The notes under the pieces: model-generated
Seen by the model: only the letters and a program-made list of their open reading frames with translations
The model's database searches: none
Told to the model about the DNA's origin: nothing
Shown: positions 20,623 through 30,406 of the stretch, one piece after another
How the letters are laid out: each line of letters begins with the position of its first letter
Numbering within the stretch: the first letter of the stretch is position 1
Program-made: the position numbers and the translations under genes
NCBI GenBank assembly: GCA_963751455.1
Contig: CAVVUN010000003.1
Location: 64,001 to 128,000, forward strand
Length of the DNA: 64,000 nt
DNA from: Nitrospirota bacterium
GTDB lineage: Bacteria > Nitrospirota > UBA9217
Reading direction: 5' to 3'

Positions 20623-21441
20623 CTAACTATATTCGTTATGTTCCGCTCCGAAAACATGATAGATGATTTCCCACGCAGTTTCTTCAATGGATTTGTTTGT
20701 CGTATCGACAACTCTCCATTGCCTGTTCTTTCTGAGAAGCTCCTGGATATATTCGACCTCCTCAAAGATTTTCTTAAAATCGCAGTAGCCGGAATCAAGG
20801 CCAGAGTGTTTCTGGCGCACCTTCCTCACCTTTTGCAGGACTTCCGGATCTATATTAAGGCAGATAATCTTGTGCTGTTCAATCTGAAAGAGTTCCTCAG
20901 GCAGGGGTATGGATGGAACGATCGGGATATTGGCGACCTTGTAGCCTTCCTGCGACAAGTAAAAAGCGGTCGGTGTCTTGGATGTTCGCGATAGACCGAC
21001 AATCACGATATCTGCTTCCTCAAGACGCTCGGCGCCTCTGCCGTCATCATGTCCAATCGTAAACTCCATGGCCTCGATACGTTTGAAGTACCGATCATCA
21101 ACCTTCCTGAGAAGGGTCGGGGTTTGGAGCGGCTCGAGACCAAGGTAGGCAGAGAGATTGTTTATGAGCGGACCCAAAACATCATGATGGATAAGGTTGT
21201 TCTTCAGGCAATATTCACTTGCATATTCCCGCATCTCTTTTTTGACAAAGGTAAAAGCAATAAGAGCTTTCTCAGATTTGGCCTGGTCGAGGACCTCTTT
21301 GAGTTTGCTTTTTATATCGATATCGTGAAACACCGTCATTTTGGCATGAGCATCTTCGAACTGTACAATGGCAGCTCTCAGAATATGCAGGCCGCTTTCG
21401 CCGGTGGCATCCGAGATGATAAAGATTCTTTTCTTAGACAT
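20623..21441 (-). CDS. ppsR: Pyruvate,water/phosphate dikinase regulatory protein (kinase/pyrophosphorylase, DUF299)
   Basis: ISDATGESG, YFKRIEAMEF, HDDG, GLSRTSKTP, NKSIEETA. Confidence 0.92.
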   Translation of the reverse strand: MSKKRIFIISDATGESGLHILRAAIVQFEDAHAKMTVFHDIDIKSKLKEVLDQAKSEKALIAFTFVKKEMREYASEYCLKNNLIHHDVLGPLINNLSAYLGLEPLQTPTLLRKVDDRYFKRIEAMEFTIGHDDGRGAERLEEADIVIVGLSRTSKTPTAFYLSQEGYKVANIPIVPSIPLPEELFQIEQHKIICLNIDPEVLQKVRKVRQKHSGLDSGYCDFKKIFEEVEYIQELLRKNRQWRVVDTTNKSIEETAWEIIYHVFGAEHNEYS

Positions 21442-21526
21442 TTTCTTATGTCACAATTAAGTAACCTTTACAGCACATGAGATTCGGCCGCTTCGATACC
21501 TCAATCTTCGGTGAGCGCTTCGTATC

Positions 21527-23854
21527 TCATTTTATGACAAGATTTTCGACAATAACCGTTCCGTCGCTGATGGTCACCGTTCCATTGATCGTTGCAAACT
21601 CGGGATTGCTGCTATAACTGCAGTCATAGCCCCCCTTCAGGGTAACGGAGATGTTGCGGTTCAGGACAAGATTTTCGCTGAAAGGGTATTCCTGAAGCCG
21701 GAGGACGTCGCCATCGACAGCCGCATTATATGCGGTCTGGGCCGCCCAGAAGTACTGGGAGGGAAGCTTTACCGGCGGATTGAACGAGGGGAAGACGATA
21801 TTGTCGAGCCACACAGCGTCGCTGCCTCCGAATAATAAGTAATCCTTTGAATATTCCCACCTGAACGTATGAAGACCGGGACTCGCCGCGAAGGTCGACT
21901 GCGCCCGGGTCCAATCGGTCTCTCCATGCCAGCCGTCCCACCTTCCCGCATCCGAGTCATCAATATAAAAGTTGAGTTTATCCCACCTCGCTTCTGTCGA
22001 GGTTTTGAGCCAGAAATAGACGTATCCCGGAGAGCAGGTATTCATGGTTACTTCGAGATAGCTCGTCGAGTTGTTCCCCATGGAAGGAGATTTTACAGCA
22101 TAGGTCCCGCTGGAACTCGTTGAACTTTGGGTGCCCCATGTTCCGGCGCCTCCTGTCGTCCAGCCAAGCGACGAAAGACTGCCTGACTCAAAACCTTCCA
22201 GCTGTGCTGAAGCATCATAGACGAAGAGACTCACCGGGATTGTCCGCGGTGAATTGGAGGCATCCGACGAAGTGATCGTAATTGTTGCGGTGTATGTTCC
22301 GGCTGACAGGACCGAAGTCGATGCGCCCACTGTGACAACACCGCTGTTTACGCCGCTGAGTGGATCGAGGGACAACCAGCTGGCGTCATCGCTCACAGTC
22401 CAGTTCAGTGTGCCGTCTCCCGCATTTGATACCGAGAGAGACCGGCTAGGCGGCAAGGCGCCGCCGCTTATCACGTCGAAGAAGAAACTCGATGGGGTGA
22501 AGGCTATCAGGGGGCCGGGGAAGACGGAGGCATAGAGGTCCAACCTCGGTTTAACGATTGAATTCCTGGAGTCAGTTACCGGCTCCCCTTTGACGGTAAG
22601 CCTCGTGACTACCTCATTCACGGTTAGAGTTCCGTCTTGCCCCTTGATCACCGCTACAGCGCCGGCAACATGAGGGGCCGCCTGTGATGTTCCGGCCATG
22701 GTGCTTCCCGTTGATGTGATGAGGGCGCCCGGAGCGAGCATGGTGAGGAGCGCAGAGCTGTTCGAAAAACAGGTCACCTTGTCTGGCGCGGTGGTGGTGT
22801 CGGTACAGCTTGAATAGAGCATGCTGCCGACGTTCGCGTCGTATACCGCTCCGACAGAGACGGCATCCGGCGCACATGCGGGAGCAGCCAGAGAGTCAAG
22901 GTAGCCGTCATTTCCCGAAGACACGGCAGATGTAATCCCGGCATCCTTCAAATCTCTGATCGACAAAGCAACGCTGTGGGCGGGACAGGCCAAACTATAC
23001 CGGCCTTCTCCGAAGCTCATATTGACCGATTGGATATTGTAGGTAATCCTGTTGTCCAATACCCAATCCAGGGCCGAAACAATAACGTCATAATGTGCAC
23101 GGCCGTCCAGTTCAAAGACATCGAGACCCAGGATGTTTGCATCCGGAGCGACTCCCAGGACGATGCCGGAAACATTTGTGCCATGACCAGAGTCATCCAG
23201 GCTTCCGTCGTCCGGGGCGAAATCCTGCACGTACGCAACCTTGCAAGAGGACGGTACACCCGGCACGGTGCAGCTTCCGAAAGCGCTCAAGGTGTAATTG
23301 ACGCCCGTGTCGAGAACCGCGACAGAAGTGCCCGAACCCGTCGCTCCGGCGGACTGGGTTCCAGGTGTATTAATCAACGGAAGGCTTTCCGCGAGATGCG
23401 GAATAACCGTGCTATTTTCGGTGACCGATTCCACTTCCGCCATATGGAGCAGTTGATCGAGCACGCGCTCGTTCACCGTCATATGGAGAATAGGGAAATG
23501 AGCGTAGTCCTTGATCACTGAATATGCTTTAGACGAAATCTTCGAAAGAACGGCATTCTTCATATTGGCGTAAAGGCGCGCTTTCTCCGCGATAATCTCG
23601 GCATCGTCATTTCTCACTCCGCGTTGTTCTCGCATTTTTTTTGCCTTTTCCCTTATCTGAGCAGCATCGAGATTAAGGAGAATCTCCGCAGAGCCCCTCT
23701 CCTCCATTTGTTTCGCAATTCCGGGAGGCACCTTGCCGGATTCGCCGGTCTTCCGGGCGTTTACATTGAGAGACCCGGTATCCATCGAAAAAAAGACATT
23801 GGGACGGCAAAAAACGGCGAGAAAGAGAAAAAAAAATATCTTTGGCAGTTTCAT
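21527..23854 (-). CDS. Secreted S8 subtilisin-like serine protease with BACON and beta-sandwich domains
   Basis: Triad VAVLDTG / HGTNVSG / GTSQAAPHVAG, propeptide, LNWTVSDDASWLSL (BACON). Confidence 0.9.
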   Translation of the reverse strand: MKLPKIFFFLFLAVFCRPNVFFSMDTGSLNVNARKTGESGKVPPGIAKQMEERGSAEILLNLDAAQIREKAKKMREQRGVRNDDAEIIAEKARLYANMKNAVLSKISSKAYSVIKDYAHFPILHMTVNERVLDQLLHMAEVESVTENSTVIPHLAESLPLINTPGTQSAGATGSGTSVAVLDTGVNYTLSAFGSCTVPGVPSSCKVAYVQDFAPDDGSLDDSGHGTNVSGIVLGVAPDANILGLDVFELDGRAHYDVIVSALDWVLDNRITYNIQSVNMSFGEGRYSLACPAHSVALSIRDLKDAGITSAVSSGNDGYLDSLAAPACAPDAVSVGAVYDANVGSMLYSSCTDTTTAPDKVTCFSNSSALLTMLAPGALITSTGSTMAGTSQAAPHVAGAVAVIKGQDGTLTVNEVVTRLTVKGEPVTDSRNSIVKPRLDLYASVFPGPLIAFTPSSFFFDVISGGALPPSRSLSVSNAGDGTLNWTVSDDASWLSLDPLSGVNSGVVTVGASTSVLSAGTYTATITITSSDASNSPRTIPVSLFVYDASAQLEGFESGSLSSLGWTTGGAGTWGTQSSTSSSGTYAVKSPSMGNNSTSYLEVTMNTCSPGYVYFWLKTSTEARWDKLNFYIDDSDAGRWDGWHGETDWTRAQSTFAASPGLHTFRWEYSKDYLLFGGSDAVWLDNIVFPSFNPPVKLPSQYFWAAQTAYNAAVDGDVLRLQEYPFSENLVLNRNISVTLKGGYDCSYSSNPEFATINGTVTISDGTVIVENLVIK

Positions 23855-23895
23855 AATGTCTCCTCTACCGATACAACCAGTATCAGATAAGGGCG

Positions 23896-23924
23896 ACTAT
23901 AGCATGAGATACGCGTAATATCAA
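23896..23924 (-). promoter_or_regulatory. Sigma70 promoter of the S8 protease
   Basis: TTGATA-17 nt-TATAGT with a TGn extension. Confidence 0.55.
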
Positions 23925-23992
23925 GGAGTTGTTGATGCAGTTCTGCCCGTTATTGGCAGCTTTTAACACGGGTTGCTGTGTTGAAGAGAAAT

Positions 23993-25728
23993 CTATGTCG
24001 GCAGGATTTTTACTTTTGTTCCCTTTCCGGGCGCGCTTTCGATCTGCATGTCCCAGCCATGCGCCTTCACAAGATGCTTTACGATGGCCAGCCCGAGGCC
24101 GGTTCCGCCCATACTTCTTGAGCGGCCCGGATCGACCCGGTAGAACCGCTCGCCGATCCTCGGCAGGTGCTTTGGGGGTATACCGATGCCGGTATCTTCT
24201 ACGAACAGATAGAACGAGCCGCTTTCCTGGCCGGCGCCGATTGTCACGCCGCCCGCTTCAGTAAACTTTATTGCATTGTCCACCAGATTGGTAAGGACCT
24301 GTATGAGGCGGTCCCGGTCTGCTTCAACGGTTTGTTGCTGCGGCAGATCATTTCTTAAGGACATTTTTTTTCCAGCAGCCTTATCGCGGAGCAGCGACAT
24401 AACATGGTCCGCGACCTCCCTGACATTGACGCTCGTTTTTTCGACCTTGATCACGCCAAGCTCGATTTTCGAGATGGTCATAAGATCGTCGATAAGACCA
24501 TTAATCCGCTCGCTGTTTGATTTTATTATTTCGAGAAATTTTATTGCATGTGGCCGGTCATCAAGGGCTCCCTCAAGCAGCGTTTCTGCAAATCCGCTGA
24601 TCGAGGCGATCGGCGTCTTTATTTCATGGGAAATATTGGCTACGAAATCCTTTCTGGTTTGCTCCAGCTTTTTAAGGCCGGTAATATCATGAAAGACAAT
24701 GACGAACCCGGAAGGTTCGTCCCGGTTATAAAAAAGCGGAGAAGCTTGAACCACATAGAAACGCTCGGAGGGAAAATCAACGCATACTTCCGCGGCATCC
24801 GGTTTCTTGTCGTTTCTGACGCGTTCCATGAGCGAGAGAAATTCAGGGCACCTGACGACCTCGACGTAGGATTTTCCCTGATACGGCGCATCAATGAACA
24901 TTTTTCTGGCTGCGAGGCTGGATAGCAGGATAATCCCGTGCGCGTCGATGATGAACAGGGCATCGGGGATACTCCGGAGGATGACATTCAGCCGGCGTTT
25001 TTCTTCTTCGTGCGCGGCGATGCTGTTCTTCAGTTCCTCGGACATGGCGTTAAGACTCTCCGCGATCTCATCGAACTCCCCGGCATTTTCAAGATGCATT
25101 TTTTTACCGTGTTCCCCTCCTGCAAGGGCACGGGAAAAAACCCGGACCTGTTCCGTCAGTCTTCTGATGCGGTTGATCTGCCAGAGCGAAAGGATGGCGG
25201 TCGCGAGCAGGACCAGCGTGACCGCGAGGATTATCTTGAACCTCAACTGATTGATTGAGCGGTCGACTTCTTCGAGCGGCATGCTCAGCCGGACGAACCC
25301 GTTGGCCCCCCGGCCTTCATGACCTTTATCGCTACATACAGAAAATCGTGTTTCAGGGTGTCGCTGTAGCGAATTGCCATGCCGGTGCCGTTCGCGGCGG
25401 CCTCCCGGATTTCCTGACGGTTTGCATGGTTATCCATGTCTCTGGATACGCTTTCGGAATCGCCTGCGACCCTTCCATCTACGTTGATAAGGGTGACCCG
25501 TGAACCGGTCTTCTGCTTCAGCTGCCTGCAGAAGGTGTCGAGCGGGAACTGAGATTCAAACGGGACGCGGTCTGAGATGAGGTTTGCCTGGACCGTAAGA
25601 TTGTTCCGGAGATTATTGATATACCGCTCCCTTACGGTCCCGGTTATGTAGAGTTCGATAAAAAGAACCGCGACGGTCATGATGACCGCATAGCTGATGA
25701 ATATGCGTCTGAAAATTCCCGTTTTCAT
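23993..25728 (-). pseudogene. phoR: PhoR-like sensor kinase (Cache-HAMP-PAS-HisKA-HATPase), split by a frameshift in a G6 run
   Basis: ORF 25285..25728 (TM, NHANRQEI, RYSDTL) plus ORF 23993..25282 (FVANISHEIKTP, ERFYRVD, GGTGLGL). One more G at 25306-25311 joins them as MKAGGANGFVRLSMPL. Confidence 0.82.
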
Positions 25729-25774
25729 CTGACGAACTCCCTCTGCCGCGAGGAGAATAGGACGCCAACTGCAG

Positions 25775-25807
25775 CCCCTCCCTTGACGGGAGGGGTTGGG
25801 GAGGGTG
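25775..25807. repeat. CCCCTCCC..GGGAGGGG palindromic repeat
   Basis: cccctcccttgacgggaggggttggggagggtg between phoB and phoR. Confidence 0.55.
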
Positions 25808-25878
25808 ATGATCGGGCAACTGAATAAATATCTGGTATCATACTCCTCTGTGGCTGCTGTTCATGAATGATGCGGCGA

Positions 25879-26565
25879 TCATTCGGCATAATAACCCACA
25901 CCTCGCCGGGTTTTTATATAAACGGGGGCCTCAGGGTGATCCTCTATCTGGGCTCTCAAACGCCGTATATGAACGTCTACGGTCCGGGGCTCGACATAAG
26001 TCTCATCCTTCCATACTGCGTCGAGAAGCTGGTCACGGCTGAATACCCTGCCCTTTCGCTCAACAAGAAACAGAAGCAGCTTGAATTCTGTGGCGCTCAG
26101 ATGAACTTGCCGGTTTCGCTTCGTCACGGTATAGGTCTCCGTGTTGATCTGCAAATCTCCGATAATGACGACTTTGGCCTTTTGCGGACCGTCAGCGGTC
26201 CTCCGGAGCAAAGCCCGTACCCTGGCCACCAGCTCTTTGGGACTGAAGGGTTTGGTCATGTAGTCATCAGCCCCGGTTTCAAGCCCGCGTACCTTGTCCG
26301 CTTCTTCTCCTTTAGCGGTCAGCATGATGACGGGAAGAGCTTCCGTTTTCGGATTGTTCCTGATGATACGGCAAAGTTCCACACCCTGGATGCCGGGAAG
26401 CATCAGGTCCAGTATGACAAGATCGAATTTGCCTTTCCTGATTTTGTCGAGCCCTTCTTCCCCATCCTGGGCGGCCGTTATCCTGAAGCCTTCCTTCTTT
26501 AAATTGTAGGATATGAGTTCCACAATGTCTGCTTCGTCATCGACAACCAGTATCGCTTTGATCAT
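25879..26565 (-). CDS. phoB: PhoB/OmpR-family response regulator
   Basis: ILVVDD, LDLMLP, MLTAKGEE, RTVDVHIRRLR, upstream of phoR. Start set at MIKAIL. Confidence 0.88.
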   Translation of the reverse strand: MIKAILVVDDEADIVELISYNLKKEGFRITAAQDGEEGLDKIRKGKFDLVILDLMLPGIQGVELCRIIRNNPKTEALPVIMLTAKGEEADKVRGLETGADDYMTKPFSPKELVARVRALLRRTADGPQKAKVVIIGDLQINTETYTVTKRNRQVHLSATEFKLLLFLVERKGRVFSRDQLLDAVWKDETYVEPRTVDVHIRRLRAQIEDHPEAPVYIKTRRGVGYYAE

Positions 26566-26636
26566 TATGTATGTATAACATTTTTGAAGAGAGAATAAAA
26601 GGTCCGATTCAAAATTTAACGCAGTTGTAACAATTA

Positions 26637-26815
26637 AACCTAAAAAAGCATTTGGGACGCAGAAAAATCGGATAAACGCAGATAAGGTCGGATAAAAAAA
26701 ACGTTCTTGTATCGTAAAAGCAGTCACCCTGCGGGTGAATTTATTTCTCTAAAAATCCTTTTGTTTGATCTGCGGTTATCTGCGTTCATCTGCGTCCAAC
26801 TGCCGTTTTCAGGAT
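26637..26815. mobile_element. MITE-like element, copy A
   Basis: Imperfect terminal inverted repeats aacctaaaaaagcatttgggacgcag / ctgcgtccaactgccgttttcaggat with internal 9-bp periodic repeats. Confidence 0.6.
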
Positions 26816-26849
26816 AATATGAGCGCTCATCTCGGCGATATCCTGGCAT

Positions 26850-26881
26850 AAAAAAAGGACGAGATCTGTAAACTCTCGTCC
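26850..26881 (-). terminator. Rho-independent terminator at the end of the che cluster
   Basis: Minus strand ggacgaga-gtttacaga-tctcgtcc followed by T7. Confidence 0.7.
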
Positions 26882-26909
26882 CCGTCTGTTTCCAATCGGA
26901 TTTACTTTT

Positions 26910-27077
26910 ATCCTAAAAACGGCATTTGAACACGGATGAACACGGAAACAGCGGATCAAAACAATGTGATAGAGCAAAAAGCCATCTCGCCTTTTGGGTG
27001 AATCCATTACTGTTCGTAACTTCCTATAAATCCGTGTTGATCAGATTTTATCCGTGTCCAACTGCTTTTTTCAGGTT
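26910..27077. mobile_element. MITE-like element, copy B
   Basis: atcctaaaaacggcatttgaacacggat ... atccgtgtccaactgcttttttcaggtt. Alignable by eye to the reverse complement of 57582-57748. Confidence 0.65.
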
Positions 27078-27457
27078 TATGCCTTGCTTGCTAGTATCTC
27101 ATTTACGATGGAAAGGAGGTCCGCAGTCTGGATGGGCTTGGGAACATACGCGTTGGCGCCGAGGGCCAAGCCGCGCTTCCGGTCTTCTTCGGCGCCTTCC
27201 GTGGTAATGATGATAATCGGAATGGTTTTATGCACCGGGTCATTGCGCACCATCGAGACCAGCTTGAGGCCGTCCATGATCGGCATATTGATGTCGGTGA
27301 GGATGATATCGAACTTCTGGGTGGAAAGTTTTTTCAGCGCGTCGATGCCGTCGTTCGCTTCGACGATCTTGCTCCCCGGTATCCGCTTCAAGGCGAAGGA
27401 AATCAGCTGTCGCATCGTCGGCGAGTCTTCAACCACCAGAAAACTGTAATCGGGCAT
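27077..27457 (-). CDS. cheY: Single-domain response regulator CheY
   Basis: VVEDS, TDINMP, ITT, KP. Last gene of the che cluster. Confidence 0.9.
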   Translation of the reverse strand: MPDYSFLVVEDSPTMRQLISFALKRIPGSKIVEANDGIDALKKLSTQKFDIILTDINMPIMDGLKLVSMVRNDPVHKTIPIIIITTEGAEEDRKRGLALGANAYVPKPIQTADLLSIVNEILASKA

Positions 27458-27469
27458 TTCAATCCTCCG

Positions 27470-28294
27470 TTATTTTTCTTTGAGCAGATCGAGAAAGCTC
27501 TGGATCGTCGTGAGTTTCCGTTCTGACTGGGAATAGAGCTTTGATGAGAAGAGGGCCGTTGCAGCATGCCCCGCAAGCATCGAAAACAGCTCATAATCCA
27601 CATTCGAGAATGCTTCTTTCTGAACCAGCAGCTTGTAGATCACGATAACGCCGATCACATGCTCTTTGATTTTGAGAGGGATGCAAACCAGGGGGCGAAG
27701 GTAATCGATGCCCGCCAGATCTTTCGGGTCCCCGTCGCGGTAAAATGATTCCCCGGACCGCGCGGCTTTGCCGATGGTGCCGTCTCCCAGTTTTATACTG
27801 GTCCGCGCTTCCGGCCCCATGCCTTCCTGGGCCACAATCGTCAGCTCGTTCGTTTTCTCGTCAAGCATCATGATCGAGAATTCTTCGGCCCCGATAAGAT
27901 TCATCACGATCTCGAGTATGATTTTGAGGGATTCATTGAAGTCGAGCGTAGAGTGCAGTTGATAGCTGGCGACGTACAGGTTTGCCAGGTTGTTGTTCTC
28001 AGCCTCTACCTCGACGTAGCGATTGGCGAAGTCCTTGTTCTCCTCCTCGACCTGGCGGAACCGATCGATAAGGTTTCTGTTCTCGTCCTCGAGGAACTGG
28101 ATCCTCTCTTCCATAGAGTGGACCTTGAAGTCTCCCTCCCGGCCTGAAAACTTTGTATGCTCCTCCAGCTGGGCGACGCGGTACCGGAGCTTCTCATTCT
28201 CCTTCAGGAGTTCCTGGGTGAATTCCTCGCCTTTTTTGAAGACCTGGAGAAAATCCTCGACTTTTTTGGAAATAGATGCTGCGTCCTTATCCAT
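27470..28294 (-). CDS. Coiled-coil plus GAF domain protein
   Basis: N-terminal coiled coil, LYVASYQLHSTLD, GAF motifs CIPLKI..VIGVI, FSNVDYELF. Confidence 0.85.
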   Translation of the reverse strand: MDKDAASISKKVEDFLQVFKKGEEFTQELLKENEKLRYRVAQLEEHTKFSGREGDFKVHSMEERIQFLEDENRNLIDRFRQVEEENKDFANRYVEVEAENNNLANLYVASYQLHSTLDFNESLKIILEIVMNLIGAEEFSIMMLDEKTNELTIVAQEGMGPEARTSIKLGDGTIGKAARSGESFYRDGDPKDLAGIDYLRPLVCIPLKIKEHVIGVIVIYKLLVQKEAFSNVDYELFSMLAGHAATALFSSKLYSQSERKLTTIQSFLDLLKEK

Positions 28295-28400
28295 CCTGTC
28301 CTCCTCGATGAAGCATCAAAATCGGCGCTCCTGACCGCTGTCTGACCGGCGTGCGATACCAAAACAGTATTACCAATTATAGTCAACTAAAACGAAATTA

Positions 28401-29528
28401 TCAAGGCCGAATTGGGCCTGTCGAGCGGCAGCGGACCGCTATCTCTTCGGCCATGTTGCCGAGCGGCAGCACCTTGTCCACGGCGCCGGTGCGTATGGCT
28501 TCCTGCGGCATCCCGAATATGACAGCGCTCGCTTCACTCTCCGCCAAACACTGTCCCTTCCTTTTTTTTATCGCCCGCACGCCCTCTGCCCCGTCCTTAC
28601 CCATGCCGGTGAGGACCACACCGAGAGTCGCTGCACCGCAGGCCTCGGCCACGGATGTCATCATCATGTCGGCCGAAGGCGCGTACTTGTCCTCCGGACT
28701 GCGGGGGACCAGCTCGGCGACCAGCGAGCGGCCTTCCCTTTTTACGAGCAGGTGGTACCCTCCGGGAGCGATCAGCGCCGAACCCGGTGATATACGGTCT
28801 CCGGCTGCGGCCTCGCTCACCACGAGCGGCGATAGCTTATTCAAGCGCTCCGCAAAACTCTTGGTGAATCCAGGCGGCATATGCTGTGAGACGACGATTG
28901 CGGCGCCGAGATTCGAGGGAAGCGAGGAGAGGATTGCCTGAAGAGCGGGCGGTCCGCCGGTCGAGCAGGCAATGGCAACAATCTCCAGCGGGCTCATTTC
29001 TACCAGGACATCGTCTTCCTTGCGCGGCGGCAAAGCGGTTTTTTCGACTGCCAGCAGCTCTACGGTTGACTTGACCTTCGCCATTTCAAGGTTGAGCACA
29101 GCATGGACCTTCGCTACGAGCTCGTCCCGCACATTCTGAAGGCTCTTGGAGATGCGGGTCTCGGGTTTTGCCAGAAAATCGACTGCGCCCAGTTCAAGCG
29201 CCCGGAAGACGCTGCGGCTGTCGGACCGCGACGACAGTACGAGCACGGGTGTCGGGCGCTCCTTCATGAGCCATCTCAGGAACGTGAAACCGTCCATGTT
29301 CGGCATCTCGAGGTCCAGCGTAATAACGTCGGGCGCGTAGCGCAGGGTCTTGGCGATTGCGTCGACGCCGTCGTGCGCGCTCGCGATCACCTGGATTCCC
29401 GGATCACTGTGGAGCATCTGCGAGATGGCCACCCGATTATAGGCCGAATCGTCGACAACCAGGGCTTTGATCTTATTCAATGGAAATATTCCCTCCGGCA
29501 GCATTCGGTCTGAGAGAAGCTTTGTCAT
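28401..29528 (-). CDS. cheB: Protein-glutamate methylesterase CheB (REC plus methylesterase)
   Basis: VVDDS, LDLEMP, CSTGGP, QHMP, LTGMGKDG. Confidence 0.95.
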   Translation of the reverse strand: MTKLLSDRMLPEGIFPLNKIKALVVDDSAYNRVAISQMLHSDPGIQVIASAHDGVDAIAKTLRYAPDVITLDLEMPNMDGFTFLRWLMKERPTPVLVLSSRSDSRSVFRALELGAVDFLAKPETRISKSLQNVRDELVAKVHAVLNLEMAKVKSTVELLAVEKTALPPRKEDDVLVEMSPLEIVAIACSTGGPPALQAILSSLPSNLGAAIVVSQHMPPGFTKSFAERLNKLSPLVVSEAAAGDRISPGSALIAPGGYHLLVKREGRSLVAELVPRSPEDKYAPSADMMMTSVAEACGAATLGVVLTGMGKDGAEGVRAIKKRKGQCLAESEASAVIFGMPQEAIRTGAVDKVLPLGNMAEEIAVRCRSTGPIRP

Positions 29529-30406
29529 TTGGCATGTGCAATTTCCACCTTCTCCCGTAAAGGCCGCTGGTATACCATGTCATGCTTGAGCGTTCGCAGG
29601 AGAAACGCGTTCGAGATATTGATCAGTGATTCGGAATGGCCAAGCAGGAGATACCCTCCCTCCCGGAGCTTGTCATAGAAGCTCGCGATCACCTTTTTCT
29701 TCGCCTCTTTATCGAAATAGATAATGACGTTTCTGCAAAAAATGACGTCCATATTGTTGATCAGGCTGGTCTTATAGGGATCGAGAAGGTTTACGGAGCT
29801 GAAGGACACAAGCTCCCGCACCTTGTCTATGATCCGGTAATTGCCCTTCTCCTCCTCTACAAAATATTTGGCGAGCATATCGGGAGAGGTCGCCCGGTGC
29901 GCGCCCTTTTTATACACGCCTTTTCGGGCGGTGTGCAGCACGCGCTGATTGATATCGCTGCCGAGGATCTCCACCTGCCAGTCACGCCACCAGTTACCGG
30001 ATTCGAGAAGCAGGATCGCTATCGTATAGGGTTCCTCTCCCGTGGAGCAGCCCGCACTCCAGATTCGGAGCGTTTTGCGTTCGGCCAGGCCCCGGCTGAG
30101 TTCAGGCAGTATCTCCCGCGAAAACGCGTTCAACTGCGGAGTTTCCCGAAAAAAATATGTTTCGTTGGTGGTCAGATTATCAATGAGGACGATAAGTTCC
30201 TCTTCCCGCTTTCGGTCATAACGCAGAAAGCGGTAGTACTCCTCGAAGCTCTTAAGCTGGTGCTGCTCGAGTCTGCGCGAAAGCCGGCGCTCCAGAAGAA
30301 ACTTGGTGCCGTCATCGAAATAAATACCGCAGTAGCCGTGGATGAAATCCCTGAGCAGCCTGAAGACGTCATCCGGGAGCGGAGTAATCTTTTCTTCAAA
30401 CATCAT
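29525..30406 (-). CDS. cheR: Chemotaxis methyltransferase CheR
   Basis: TTNETYFFRE, WSAGCSTGEEPY, IFCRNVIIYF, LGHSE. Confidence 0.95.
   Translation of the reverse strand: MMFEEKITPLPDDVFRLLRDFIHGYCGIYFDDGTKFLLERRLSRRLEQHQLKSFEEYYRFLRYDRKREEELIVLIDNLTTNETYFFRETPQLNAFSREILPELSRGLAERKTLRIWSAGCSTGEEPYTIAILLLESGNWWRDWQVEILGSDINQRVLHTARKGVYKKGAHRATSPDMLAKYFVEEEKGNYRIIDKVRELVSFSSVNLLDPYKTSLINNMDVIFCRNVIIYFDKEAKKKVIASFYDKLREGGYLLLGHSESLINISNAFLLRTLKHDMVYQRPLREKVEIAHAK

Noticed and set aside
26566-26727. N-terminal extension of PhoB in the ORF track
   Set aside because: It runs through promoter DNA and a MITE. The REC domain starts at MIKAIL (26565).
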